Shown: positions 16,328 to 26,512, counted from the stretch's first letter. The stretch: DNA of 64,000 nucleotides from an uncultured Methylococcaceae bacterium (GCA_903859415.1 CAIOMN010000187.1:2837-66836); one strand, 5' to 3'. A program made the numbers and translations. The notes: generated by a model not told the origin, from the sequence alone.

Positions 16328-18898
16328 GTGCGTAACAACAAAAGTTCTGCCGATGATATTGGTGCGCAGTATTACGCGACACAGTTGGGCATATACGATG
16401 AAATGTATGCCAAAGAAAATAAAGCATTACCCTATTGGGAGCGGTTTATGGCCGCCCTTAACAGCATGGGAAGTGAAAAGCTTGAGCTTCGTCGAAGGGA
16501 AGCTCAGCGATTACTGCGTGAAAATGGGGTTACCTATAATGTCTATGGTGACTCGCAGAATCTGACGAGGCCCTGGCGACTTGATCCCGTTCCATTACTG
16601 ATTAGTAGTGAAGAATGGTTAGTTATTGAGGCAGGCTTAAAGCAACGCGCTGATCTGCTGGATTTAATCTTAAAAGACATTTATGGTAAACAGAATCTCT
16701 TAAAAAAAGGTTTGTTGCCTGCGGAATTAGTATTCGGACATGAAGGATTCTTGCATCCTTGTGTCGGCGCTTTGCAAAATCAAAAGCGACATTTAACTAT
16801 TTATTCAGCCAATCTTGCACGGGGTCCTAATGGCTTGATGTGGGTGTTGGATGATAGGACGCAAGCCCCTTCAGGTTCTGGATATGCCTTGGAAAACCGT
16901 ACCGTCATGGCACGAGTTTTACCTGATATTTATCGTGAAACGCAGGTTCATCGTCTCTCAGGTTTTTTTAAGTCCCTACATAAGGGGCTAGTCGATATAG
17001 CGCCCAATAATAAAGAAGATCCGCGTATTGTCATCATGACGCCGGGACCACTGAATGAAACTTATTTTGAGCATGCTTATTTAGCGGCTTATTTGGGTTA
17101 TACGTTGGTGCAAGGTGGTGATTTAACAGTTCGTGATGGTCGTGTCTGGCTTAAGTCATTAGCTGGCTTACAGGCTGTTGATGTTATTTTAAGACGGGTC
17201 GATGATTCGTTTTGTGATCCACTTGAGTTTCGCAGCGAATCAAAATTGGGTGTGGCAGGATTGCTTGAAGTGGTTCGAAGAGGTAATGTTGCGATTGCTA
17301 ATCCATTTGGTAGTAGTGTTTTAGAAAACCCTGCCTTACTGGCATTTTTACCTCGATTAGCGCGTCACTATCTCAATGAAGATCTTAAGTTACCCTCTAT
17401 TGCAACATGGTGGTGTGGGCAGCGTCGTGAGCGTGAGTTTGTGTTACAAAATATTGATAGTCTGGTTATTAAGCCCATCAATCGCAGTATTGGTAATCAG
17501 GGGGTGTTCGGAGGCGCTTTAAGTGTCAAGGAAAAAGACGATTTACGGAGTCAAATCTTAGCTAAGCCACATTTGTTTATTGGTCAGGAGCGAGTCAGCT
17601 TTTCTACATTGCCTGCTTTTATTGATCATCAAATCGAGCCTCGTAATGCAGTTTTGCGTAATTTTCTTGTGGCATCTGGTGATGATTACGAAGTGATGCC
17701 CGGTGGCTTAACCCGTGTTGCTCGCCAGAAAGATAACTTTGTTGTTTCAAATCAGGCGGGGGGGATTAGTAAAGACACCTGGGTTTTAGCCCCTGAACCC
17801 GATAAGCCAGTGAGTTTATGGACTCAACCTAAACGTAATCAACTGATTGATGCCGTCACTGAACCACTGACCAGTCGTGCAGCGGACAATCTCTTTTGGG
17901 TGGGTCGGCATCTTGAGCGTACAGAAGCGGTAACTAGGTTATTGCGTACAGTATTGGTTAAATATAGAGTGGCTAATGAATCGAAAGATTCGATTGATAC
18001 CGAATGTCTAAGAGTATTATTACGCACCTTCACGCAAGTAACAGGAACATATCCCGGATTTATAACGTGTGAGGAAGAACTGCTTAACTCACCGGTGCCG
18101 GAGTTACTGTCACTCGTAAAAGATGTTTACAGAAGAGGTTCTCTCACGGCTAATATTCAGGCATTTTTCCAGGCGGCCTTTAGTATTCGGGATTTGTGGT
18201 CACAAGATACTTGGCGTAGCGTTGATAACATCCAACGGCGCTGGCAGCAAAGGGTTATTGGTAATGAAATTAATACCGACCAATTGCCCAATCACTTAGA
18301 CGATTTAATTACTGGCATTGTTGCTTTTACGGGTTTAACCAGTGAAAGCATGACGCGAGAAGCTGCCTGGTTAATGATGGATAGTGGGCGTAGGCTAGAG
18401 CGTGCATTGGCTCTTATTGCCTTAATGCGTTCCACATTGGCGTTACGCCACGAAGACGTCTTACAAAACCAGGTGCTCGAAGCCGTATTGGTTTCAACCG
18501 ATAGTTTAACCATTTATCAACGTCGTTATCGGTCATATATACAGTTACCGTTAGTGCTGGAGTTATTATTACTGGATGAGACGCATCCTAGGTCAGTTGC
18601 GTATCAACTGCATGAGTTATCTATTCATATCGCGGCGTTACCCAGAGTCAAGGTTAATAGTCAACTCAGTGAAGAGGAGCGGTTAATTTTAAAAGCTTAC
18701 ACTGATCTACGATTGTGTAATGTATTTGAATTAACCCAAACGGGCGAAGAAGAGGGTATTTATGCTGACTTTGAGAAACTACTTTACGATACCACTGCTT
18801 TGTTGTGGAAACTTTCTGAGAGTATTGCAAACGCTTACTTCAGTCATTCTCAAACTTCGCAATTAATCGCTCATAAATCCACTGAGGATGAACTTTGA
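16328..18898 (+). CDS. Fused circularly permuted ATP-grasp (DUF404/DUF407) plus alpha-E (DUF403) protein
   Basis: 856 aa, GTG start per ORF track. The N-terminal two thirds are paralogous to the 483-aa ORF at 23238-24689 (shared ...DDRTQAPSGSGYALENR / ...EDNLRVPSGVSYMLENR and RRVDDSFCDPLEF / RRIDDDFLDPEVF). The C-terminal third is paralogous to the 312-aa alpha-E ORF. Confidence 0.85.
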   Translation: MRNNKSSADDIGAQYYATQLGIYDEMYAKENKALPYWERFMAALNSMGSEKLELRRREAQRLLRENGVTYNVYGDSQNLTRPWRLDPVPLLISSEEWLVIEAGLKQRADLLDLILKDIYGKQNLLKKGLLPAELVFGHEGFLHPCVGALQNQKRHLTIYSANLARGPNGLMWVLDDRTQAPSGSGYALENRTVMARVLPDIYRETQVHRLSGFFKSLHKGLVDIAPNNKEDPRIVIMTPGPLNETYFEHAYLAAYLGYTLVQGGDLTVRDGRVWLKSLAGLQAVDVILRRVDDSFCDPLEFRSESKLGVAGLLEVVRRGNVAIANPFGSSVLENPALLAFLPRLARHYLNEDLKLPSIATWWCGQRREREFVLQNIDSLVIKPINRSIGNQGVFGGALSVKEKDDLRSQILAKPHLFIGQERVSFSTLPAFIDHQIEPRNAVLRNFLVASGDDYEVMPGGLTRVARQKDNFVVSNQAGGISKDTWVLAPEPDKPVSLWTQPKRNQLIDAVTEPLTSRAADNLFWVGRHLERTEAVTRLLRTVLVKYRVANESKDSIDTECLRVLLRTFTQVTGTYPGFITCEEELLNSPVPELLSLVKDVYRRGSLTANIQAFFQAAFSIRDLWSQDTWRSVDNIQRRWQQRVIGNEINTDQLPNHLDDLITGIVAFTGLTSESMTREAAWLMMDSGRRLERALALIALMRSTLALRHEDVLQNQVLEAVLVSTDSLTIYQRRYRSYIQLPLVLELLLLDETHPRSVAYQLHELSIHIAALPRVKVNSQLSEEERLILKAYTDLRLCNVFELTQTGEEEGIYADFEKLLYDTTALLWKLSESIANAYFSHSQTSQLIAHKSTEDEL

Positions 18899-19836
18899 AA
18901 TACAGAATTACGCATAGTACGCTGTATCATTACAGTCAGCCAGTTGGGTTATGTCAGAATGAAGCGCGATTGCAACCCAGAAACTTTTGGCGTCAGCATT
19001 GTCATACGAGTTATTTCGATATTACGCCTGAGCCTATTGATTTTCAGGAGCGCCTGGATTATTTTGGTAATCGTGTGACCTATTTCGCTGTTCAGAAACC
19101 ACACACCAAATTGAATGTGACCGCTATCAGTGAAGTGACTATATTCCCTAAGCAAAATGTATTAGAGCTCTTCAATCAGATAGCATGGGAGTCGGTCCGC
19201 AATATTTTACAGGGATTACCGCTACAAGGTCTCTCACAGTCGCAAAGTCAGCAAAGTCAAGTTCTATGGCAAAACCAGGACTATGCGCAAGAACTATTTG
19301 ATGCCAAGCAATTTCTTCTGGATTCGCCTATGGTTAAGGTTACCCCAGAACTTGCTGAATATGCGCGAATCTCATTTCAACCCAATCGGCCATTGGTTGA
19401 TGTCGTTCATGATTTAATGGCGCGTATTTACAATGATTTTACTTACGATCCAACGTTTACCACTATAGCAACCCCTTTATCAGATGTGCTGAATTTTCGG
19501 CGGGGTGTCTGTCAGGATTTTGCTCATTTAGCTATTGGCTGTTTGCGGGCTTATGGAATAGCTGCCCGATACATCAGTGGTTATGTTGAAACCTTGCCCG
19601 AACCGGGTAAGCAGCGACTGACTGGTGCTGATGCTTCGCATGCCTGGTTTTCTGTTTATATCCCTAATTCGGGTTGGCTAGATTTTGATCCAACAAATAA
19701 TACCATTCCTCTTGATCAGCATATTACTTTAGCATGGGGGCGTGATTTTTCAGATGTAACACCCCTTAAGGGCATTGCTTTTGGTGGTGGTCAGCACGTC
19801 TTGTCCGTATCAGTCGATGTGTTAAGGATTGAGTAA
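18895..19836 (+). CDS. Transglutaminase family protein (Bact_transglu_N plus transglutaminase core)
   Basis: 313 aa. MKYRITHSTLYHYSQPV start and core GVCQDFAHLAIGCLRAYGIAARYISGY...HAWFSVYIPNSGWLDFDPT. The TTG start overlaps the upstream stop (TTGA). Confidence 0.85.
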   Translation: MKYRITHSTLYHYSQPVGLCQNEARLQPRNFWRQHCHTSYFDITPEPIDFQERLDYFGNRVTYFAVQKPHTKLNVTAISEVTIFPKQNVLELFNQIAWESVRNILQGLPLQGLSQSQSQQSQVLWQNQDYAQELFDAKQFLLDSPMVKVTPELAEYARISFQPNRPLVDVVHDLMARIYNDFTYDPTFTTIATPLSDVLNFRRGVCQDFAHLAIGCLRAYGIAARYISGYVETLPEPGKQRLTGADASHAWFSVYIPNSGWLDFDPTNNTIPLDQHITLAWGRDFSDVTPLKGIAFGGGQHVLSVSVDVLRIE

Positions 19837-19893
19837 GTTTTACTATTTTTAAATCGTTACAAACATCTTAATTTTTACTTTAATGGAGGTTAC

Positions 19894-20589
19894 ATGTCTA
19901 CTATACATCTTATTGGCGGAGAAAAAGGCGGAGTAGGTAAATCAGTTGTTGCGCGATTGTTAGCGCAATATATGATTGATCGTCAAATCCCGTTTATCGG
20001 CTTTGATACCGATAAATCGCATGGGTCATTATTGCGCTTTTATACCGACTATGCTTCTCCAACAATCATTGATAATTATCAGAGTCTGGATGCGATTATG
20101 GAGGTTGCTGCAGAAAAGCCCGAGCAGCGCATTCTAGTGGATTTAGCGGCACAAACCCATCAAGCGTTAGCGCAATGGATAGATGAATCAGGGGTTTTAG
20201 AGTTGGCAGAAGAATTGGGTATTACTATCACCTATTGGAATGTAATGGACTCTGGCAAGGATTCGGTCGATTTATTAAATAAATTGCTGACGCAGTTTAA
20301 TACTCGAATTAACTATGTGTTGGTGCAAAATCAAATCCGTGATGAACATTTCAATATTTTAGAGTTTTCAGGGGTCAAAGAGCGTGCTTTGGCATTTGAT
20401 GCCAAAGTCATGACTTTGAAGCGGCTTCATGCGCCTGTAATGACTAAGATTGACAACAATAGTTATAGCTTTTGGGCTGCAAAAAATAAAGACCTTGAAA
20501 GCGTGGATGCTTTGGGATTACTTGAAAGGCAGCGAGTTAAAATCTGGTTAAATCATGCTTATAAAGAAATCGAATCTGTTGGTGTCTAA
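19894..20589 (+). CDS. ParA/MinD-superfamily P-loop ATPase, TraL-like
   Basis: 231 aa. Deviant Walker A GGEKGGVGKS at the N-terminus, and overall resemblance to IncP TraL-type ATPases (…RQRVKIW… near the C-terminus). Confidence 0.65.
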   Translation: MSTIHLIGGEKGGVGKSVVARLLAQYMIDRQIPFIGFDTDKSHGSLLRFYTDYASPTIIDNYQSLDAIMEVAAEKPEQRILVDLAAQTHQALAQWIDESGVLELAEELGITITYWNVMDSGKDSVDLLNKLLTQFNTRINYVLVQNQIRDEHFNILEFSGVKERALAFDAKVMTLKRLHAPVMTKIDNNSYSFWAAKNKDLESVDALGLLERQRVKIWLNHAYKEIESVGV

Positions 20590-20637
20590 GATGAATTCGG
20601 TTGTAATATCTTTTATATTTACAGGGATTTAAGCTTC

Positions 20638-21426
20638 ATGAAATTGAGGGTGAGTTGCAGTCTTCGATTTCAGATTATTGAAACGACAGTATTGATTTTA
20701 ATGCTACGGCCGTATAGAGGTATTCAGCAATGGATTAATCGAGAGGTTTATATTATCAAGCCAGTAACGCCCATGATAGAAAGTGTTGATAGCTTTGGTA
20801 ATTCGTTGCAGCGCATAAGAGTCCCGGTCGGAAATTTTCTGATATACACCTCGACAGATGTTATTGTGGCAGACAAGGTTGAAGCAGCCCCTGGAAATTA
20901 TTTTGTTGAGATACACTATCTTCCTAATGAAATATTACCGTATTTATTACCCAGTCGTTATTGTGAATCTGATCGGTTTGGTGACCTGGCGAGAGAAATA
21001 ACGTTTGATAGTCTTCCAGGTTATGATCAGGTGAGTAAAATTAACGATTGGGTTCGAGATACCATAAAGTATGTTCCGGGCTCTAGTGAATTTCCAATGT
21101 CTGCAGCCGAAGTACATCTCCGTGGTTATGGGGTCTGTAGGGATCTGGCTCAGGTTGCAATAGCCTTATGTCGCAGCATCAGTATTCCAGCTAGACTGGT
21201 TGTCGGCTATTTATATAACCTGCAGCCAATGGATTTACATGCCTGGTTTGAGGTTTATGTGGGGGATAAATGGTATACTTTTGACCCCACACAAGCTGAG
21301 TTAAAAGGGGGGCGAGTGATTATTGCTTTTGGACGCGATGCAGCCGATGTGTCTATATTCCATCAGTTTGGATCAGGTTGTTTGTTGAATAGCATGGACG
21401 TTCGCGTCGATTTGCTGGATAATTAG
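20638..21426 (+). CDS. Transglutaminase-like cysteine peptidase family protein (Anbu-operon type)
   Basis: 262 aa. Core GVCRDLAQVAIALCRSISIPARLVVGY...HAWFEVYVGDKWYTFDPT. Confidence 0.8.
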   Translation: MKLRVSCSLRFQIIETTVLILMLRPYRGIQQWINREVYIIKPVTPMIESVDSFGNSLQRIRVPVGNFLIYTSTDVIVADKVEAAPGNYFVEIHYLPNEILPYLLPSRYCESDRFGDLAREITFDSLPGYDQVSKINDWVRDTIKYVPGSSEFPMSAAEVHLRGYGVCRDLAQVAIALCRSISIPARLVVGYLYNLQPMDLHAWFEVYVGDKWYTFDPTQAELKGGRVIIAFGRDAADVSIFHQFGSGCLLNSMDVRVDLLDN

Positions 21427-21458
21427 CATATTATAACTTTTTAATAACGGCAGAGTTC

Positions 21459-22214
21459 ATGACTTATTGTATTGCAGCTTCTATAGATGAAGGACTTATT
21501 CTGGTTTCAGATTCAAGAACTAATGCTGGTATTGATAATGTGAGCACACATGGCAAGATGCATGCATTTGAAACAACAAGTGATCGCAAGATAGTGCTTC
21601 TTTGTGCAGGCAATCTAGCGACAACCCAAGCTGTTTTAGAACAGTTACATCGTGATAAACTAAAAAATGCAACGATCAACTTAAATAATGTTGAAAGCTT
21701 ATTTGAAGCGGCAGATTATTTAGGTCACGTCAGTGTAGAAAAACAAAAGCAATATAAAAGCTCACAGGGTCAATCAGCTTTTAATCCAACGGCTAGTTTT
21801 ATTCTTGCGGGTCAGATTGGCGGCGATCCACATGGCGCCTATATGATTTACGCGGAGGGTAATAGCATTACCAGTTCAGCTAATACGCCTTTCCTTCAAA
21901 TCGGTGAAAGTAAATATGGCAAACCGATCCTGGATCGTTTTCTTAAGTTGAATACGTCGATTGATGAAGCAGCGCGTTGCTGTCTGGTTTCGATGGACTC
22001 AACCATCCGTAGTAATGCGAGTGTCGGATCGCCAGTAGAAATGTTGATTTATCGTAAAAACAGTTATAGCTTGGATGAATATTATTGTTTTGATGATGAC
22101 GATGATTATATGTTGCAGCTTAGACGCAGTTGGGAAAATAAACTGCGTGAGGCAATTGCGGCTTTGCCAGCGTTAGATAAAAAATCAAATAAACTCATTC
22201 GAATGGTTTTATAA
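21459..22214 (+). CDS. Anbu (ancestral proteasome beta-subunit-like Ntn hydrolase)
   Basis: 251 aa starting MTYCIAA, with Thr directly after Met as the Ntn nucleophile. Also ...LVSDSRTNAG.... Sits next to transglutaminase, ATP-grasp and alpha-E genes as in the known Anbu neighbourhood. Confidence 0.8.
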   Translation: MTYCIAASIDEGLILVSDSRTNAGIDNVSTHGKMHAFETTSDRKIVLLCAGNLATTQAVLEQLHRDKLKNATINLNNVESLFEAADYLGHVSVEKQKQYKSSQGQSAFNPTASFILAGQIGGDPHGAYMIYAEGNSITSSANTPFLQIGESKYGKPILDRFLKLNTSIDEAARCCLVSMDSTIRSNASVGSPVEMLIYRKNSYSLDEYYCFDDDDDYMLQLRRSWENKLREAIAALPALDKKSNKLIRMVL

Positions 22215-22239
22215 ATCTTAATTCGATTTATATGCATTG

Positions 22240-22272
22240 GCCATCATGGACACATAATATGTCCATGATGGC
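22240..22272. terminator. Bidirectional stem-loop between convergent Anbu and alpha-E genes
   Basis: Perfect 13-bp stem GCCATCATGGACA (22240-22252) / TGTCCATGATGGC (22260-22272) with a 7-nt loop and AT-rich flanks. Confidence 0.6.
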
Positions 22273-22299
22273 TTAATTTAAGACAGTATCTAAACTTTG

Positions 22300-23238
22300 C
22301 TATTCTGGCGTTGAAATCAGAAACCAGTTATCAGCTATTTGATTGTGCAGGCTGCCCAGTTTATTCTGTAGATCATCAAGTATGCCCCGTAGTTGTATCT
22401 GGGTGGTATTTTCGGAATCAATAGATTTAACATAAGCTTCCAGTTCATTAACTTTAGCCGGTAGTACATGGCTATTAGGAAGTTTGTTGATACAAGTTGA
22501 AATTTCTGAGATACAGCAAATAACGGAACGGGGTAGATTCGTATCTTGTAAAAGAAAGTTAAGAACATCATCCCCATTCACTCGATTGTGTTTCTGTTGA
22601 CGGTACATAAGCAAAGCATTTAAAGCTTTTAATATGTTCATCCACAGAATGGTTTCATATTGGCGAACTTCGTCACTGCGCGATTCTGACAGTAGCAAAG
22701 ACGCTAAATCAAGAATACGGCTAGTCATATCAGCCCGTTCAATATTTCTGCCTAAGCGAATAAAGCTATAGGGGTGGTTGTGGCTCATATAGCCAGACAA
22801 TAAGCCCGTAAAGCGTTGGCATCCTTTCAGTATTTCATTTAGAAAAATAACTCTTTGACGACGATTAGCCACCGTCTCTAAATTATTTTTTGCGAACAAA
22901 TACATTTCGTTGACTTGTTCCCAAGCTTCGTCGGGTAATAATTCTCTAGAGGTACGGATGTTTTCCCTGGCAGCCGTTAATGAAGAAAATAAAGAGCCTG
23001 GATAAGTCTGATCTGCAAGTAGGAAACGGGTGACGTTACGTTCAGTCGCAACATTGTTTTTCTTGTAAAACTCTTGCTCTGAGGCATTAATCGAGATTAA
23101 CTGTCTCCAACCCATTTCAACACCTTTGGGCAGATCCATTAATAAATTCATGTGTACGTTAACCAGTCTGGCTATATTTTCTGTACGTTCCAGATAACGG
23201 GCGAGCCAATACAGGCGTTCTGCTGAGCGAGATAACAT
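22300..23238 (-). CDS. Alpha-E domain (DUF403) protein
   Basis: 312 aa. MLSRSAERLYWLARYLERTENIARL is the typical alpha-E N-terminus. Its start overlaps the stop of the upstream ATP-grasp gene. Confidence 0.85.
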   Translation of the reverse strand: MLSRSAERLYWLARYLERTENIARLVNVHMNLLMDLPKGVEMGWRQLISINASEQEFYKKNNVATERNVTRFLLADQTYPGSLFSSLTAARENIRTSRELLPDEAWEQVNEMYLFAKNNLETVANRRQRVIFLNEILKGCQRFTGLLSGYMSHNHPYSFIRLGRNIERADMTSRILDLASLLLSESRSDEVRQYETILWMNILKALNALLMYRQQKHNRVNGDDVLNFLLQDTNLPRSVICCISEISTCINKLPNSHVLPAKVNELEAYVKSIDSENTTQIQLRGILDDLQNKLGSLHNQIADNWFLISTPE

Positions 23239-24689
23239 TAGCTGTCCTCCATATTAATAATCCAGGTATCTTTACTACCACCTCCTTGCGATGAATTTAC
23301 AACCAGTGAGCCTTTTCTTAAGGCCACTCTAGTTAATCCACCAGCAGTAACGAAGGTGTTTTCTCCTTGTAAAATAAAAGGGCGCAGGTCAATATGACGC
23401 GGTTCCAGCTTCCCTTTGCACAAAGTTGGTGCGGTTGATATTGAAAGTGTGGGTTGGGCAATATAATTGCGAGGATCTTTTTTAATAATCTGCCGGAAAC
23501 TTTCAACTTCCTTGGCAGTTGCGTGAGGCCCCACTAACATACCATAACCACCCGATTCATTGGCTGGTTTTACAACCAATTCAGCAAGGTGCTCTAGCAC
23601 ATAATCAAAATCATCTTTATTGCTACATAAATAAGTAGGGACGTTGGGTAATATAGGCTCTTCGTTGAGAAAATAACGGATCATTTCAGGGACATAGGCA
23701 TACACTACTTTATCATCCGCAACTCCGGCACCCGGTGCATTAGCAAGAGCCACATTGCCTGCTTTCCATGCACGCATTAAGCCTGGTACACCGAGTGTCG
23801 AGTCTTTACGAAAAACTTCAGGGTCCAGGAAGTCATCATCAATACGTCGGTAGATAACATCGACTCTTTCAAGACCCTCAATTGTTTTCATGTAGACGCA
23901 ATTGTCATCATTGACTACCAGGTCATTTCCTTCCACCAGTTGCGCACCAATTTGTTGCGCTAAATAGGCATGTTCAAAATAGGCAGAATTATAAATACCG
24001 GGGGTTAAAACGGCACAGGTAATTAATCCATCTTGTTTAGGTGCAATTGACGTAAGCATATCGTGTAAATGCGTAGGGTAATCGTCAATGGGTAGAATAT
24101 CAATGTCTTGCAAAAGTTCAGGAAAAACCCGTTTTGTAATAACTCTGTTTTCTAACATATACGAAACCCCTGATGGGACCCGTAAATTATCTTCCAGAAC
24201 ATACATAATGCCATCTTTGTCACGCACCAAATCAGTGCCACAAATGTTAGCCCAGACATTATGCTTGGGTTTCATGCCGATGCATTCTTTACGAAAATTC
24301 TTGGAGCTAGTAATAATCTCGCTAGGCATTTTGCCATCTTTAAGAAAAGCCTGTTCGCCATAAACATCGCTGATGAAACAATTTAAGGCTGTTAAGCGCT
24401 GCTTTAGGCCTTTTTCTATAATTTTCCATTCAGTAGCGGCAATAATGCGTGGGATGATGTCAAAAGGCCAAGCCCTATCTATGTTTCCCTCATCACTATA
24501 GACAGTAAAGCTGATGCCCATTTCCATAATAGCCAGTTCTGCTGCTATCTTTCTTTTGTCGATGTCCTCCTTTTTGAGTGAATCCAAATATTGACATAAT
24601 CGATGACTCACTGGACGAGATTGGAATTCTGAATGCATCAGTTCATCGTAAGCAATGTCAGTTTTATAGTTTTTCCAGATTGATTTCAT
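23238..24689 (-). CDS. Circularly permuted type-2 ATP-grasp protein (DUF404/DUF407)
   Basis: 483 aa, paralogous to the N-terminal part of 16328-18898. First gene of the minus-strand pair. Confidence 0.85.
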   Translation of the reverse strand: MKSIWKNYKTDIAYDELMHSEFQSRPVSHRLCQYLDSLKKEDIDKRKIAAELAIMEMGISFTVYSDEGNIDRAWPFDIIPRIIAATEWKIIEKGLKQRLTALNCFISDVYGEQAFLKDGKMPSEIITSSKNFRKECIGMKPKHNVWANICGTDLVRDKDGIMYVLEDNLRVPSGVSYMLENRVITKRVFPELLQDIDILPIDDYPTHLHDMLTSIAPKQDGLITCAVLTPGIYNSAYFEHAYLAQQIGAQLVEGNDLVVNDDNCVYMKTIEGLERVDVIYRRIDDDFLDPEVFRKDSTLGVPGLMRAWKAGNVALANAPGAGVADDKVVYAYVPEMIRYFLNEEPILPNVPTYLCSNKDDFDYVLEHLAELVVKPANESGGYGMLVGPHATAKEVESFRQIIKKDPRNYIAQPTLSISTAPTLCKGKLEPRHIDLRPFILQGENTFVTAGGLTRVALRKGSLVVNSSQGGGSKDTWIINMEDS

Positions 24690-25304
24690 GGCACTTCAGC
24701 TATGTGTTGTTTAGTTCTGTGAAAAATGAAGCATGAATGATGCCATATATTAAATGCATCCAGTCTTGTCTACATAAGGATTAAAGTATTTACTGATCAT
24801 TGAATCATAGCACACGGGAAGACTACATCACTCCCAAAAATTAATATATTCGTTACCTATCAACCAATCGTAAGGATTTCTCAGTTAGCTTGTAAATAAA
24901 GTTATTTATAACTATCCCTTATCCAAAATAGGGCCTATAGCCGAGGAGTTACTAATACTTTGCAAGGTATTAGTAATACTCCCACCTTTTTTAGTTGTTC
25001 TGATAGTAGTGAAGAAGGCCGCATCAGCTTGTAGAGCTTGATTGTGAGTGTTATTTTTAGTGATAGTGGGTGAATAGCCTTCAAAAATAGCAGCCTTCAG
25101 CCAGTTCAATGCTTGTCACAGGCGTGTTATTAGCTTCCTACAAAGCACCAGGGACGGATAACGATTAGTTTTTATAAGTGCGCGTAAGGTCTGAAGTTCT
25201 CTCTGTAGTCATTAAGGAAAGTCAGTTATGTTGTTTTCTTAATAAGTGAGGCCGAACGCTCTGTTTGGCTAGCACATTTTCGTACCAAGCTGCCGGTTCA
25301 TCGC

Positions 25305-25913
25305 ATGGAGCTTGGCTTTTCTCTCGACGATATTGCCAGTACCTTGGCGGATATTGATTTTTATATCTGGCTGGTACAGAGTTGGAACCCCGCCGTCCAG
25401 AAAAATGCAGTGGAAGCTTCGGCTTTTAAAGCGCTGATTGGCACTGGCTCAGGTAGTGAGCTGGTTGCGTTACCCGTCCATGTGGTCTTTGATCCGGAGC
25501 CTGTGCCGGTGTTACCTGGTGTTTTGACGCGCTTATTTAATCTGATTCAGCGCATTAAAATGGCCGCGACTTATAATCTCGTGGTAGGTAAAGATTTAGG
25601 TATTATAAGTACTCAGAGCACGGCTGACTCTGATGTGCCTGATTTTACCGTGACAACAGAACGTGGACCTACCATTGAACGAGTTAAATTGAACTTTACC
25701 AAATACAGTCATGGTGGAGTGATTGTTGAGAGTCGCCGTAATGGCGGTCCGTGGGAGGTTTTGGGTGTCGTAGTAACGAAACCCTGGTACGATGACCTCG
25801 CTTTGCTGGTTGATACCGCGCCTGAAATACGTGAGTATCGGTTAAGATGGTGGGATAAAGGTGAGGCTAATGGTGAGTATACGCCAGTACAAAAAGTCAC
25901 TGTTGCGCCTTAA
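25305..25913 (+). CDS. Hypothetical protein with FN3-like C-terminal domain; possibly N-terminally truncated
   Basis: 202-aa ORF. The reading frame is open and protein-like from 25209 (…SEAERSVWLAHFRTKLPVHR-M…) with no earlier start codon, which suggests a 5'-truncated gene. Confidence 0.45.
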   Translation: MELGFSLDDIASTLADIDFYIWLVQSWNPAVQKNAVEASAFKALIGTGSGSELVALPVHVVFDPEPVPVLPGVLTRLFNLIQRIKMAATYNLVVGKDLGIISTQSTADSDVPDFTVTTERGPTIERVKLNFTKYSHGGVIVESRRNGGPWEVLGVVVTKPWYDDLALLVDTAPEIREYRLRWWDKGEANGEYTPVQKVTVAP

Positions 25914-26034
25914 CTAAATCCTTACAAGTCCTTAATCGGGCATGCTTTATGTCCGATTTTGCAAGGCACATTAAATCAAGGACTGTGATATATTGAATAC
26001 ATGTATTTAATGACTTTATTCAACAGAGTTTAAT

Positions 26035-26262
26035 ATGCCTACTTCAATTCGATTGACACCAGAAGTTGAACAAAGACTTGACAATCTGGCTGTCCAGACT
26101 GGTCGCACAAAAACATTTTACTTGCGTGAAATTATCGAGCGTGGACTTGAGGATATGGAAGATTACTATTTGGCCGCTAATGTATTAGAGCGAGTTAAGA
26201 AAGGTGAAGAGAAGACTTTCACATTGAATGAAGTGGAGGATTCTCTTGGTCTGGCGGATTGA
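26035..26262 (+). CDS. Ribbon-helix-helix antitoxin (RelB/ParD-like)
   Basis: 75 aa. MPTSIRLTPEVEQRLDNLAVQTGRTKTFYLREII is a typical RHH antitoxin N-terminus. Overlaps the downstream toxin gene. Confidence 0.8.
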   Translation: MPTSIRLTPEVEQRLDNLAVQTGRTKTFYLREIIERGLEDMEDYYLAANVLERVKKGEEKTFTLNEVEDSLGLAD

Positions 26263-26512
26263 ATTAACAGCAACTGCAACCAAACAGTTGTCGAAGTTTG
26301 ATAAAGTCGAGGCAAAGCGAATTACAACATTCTTGAGTCAACGCTTGGCGGCTCTTGAAAATCCGCGCAGCTTAGGTAAGGCATTGACCGGCCCTCTTGG
26401 CGATCTCTGGCGTTACCGAGTAGGTGAGCATCGGATAATTTGCGAGATACAGGACGGGATTTTGTGCGTCCTTGTTGTAAAAATTGGCAACCGTCGTGAT
26501 GTATACAAATAA
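26246..26512 (+). CDS. RelE/ParE-family type II toxin
   Basis: The ORF track gives 26228-26512. I prefer the TTG at 26246 because GGAGG (26235-26239) lies 6 nt upstream. The product MVWRIELTATATKQLSKF...LWRYRVGEHRIICEIQDGILCVLVVKIGNRRDVY is RelE-like. Confidence 0.8.
   Translation: MVWRIELTATATKQLSKFDKVEAKRITTFLSQRLAALENPRSLGKALTGPLGDLWRYRVGEHRIICEIQDGILCVLVVKIGNRRDVYK

Noticed and set aside
24912-25109. 65-aa minus-strand ORF in the spacer upstream of the FN3 gene; vague resemblance to the helical N-terminal part of the 6695 protein
   Set aside because: The similarity is too weak to judge by eye, there is no RBS, and the composition is low-complexity. It could be a gene fragment from a rearrangement, but I cannot support it.
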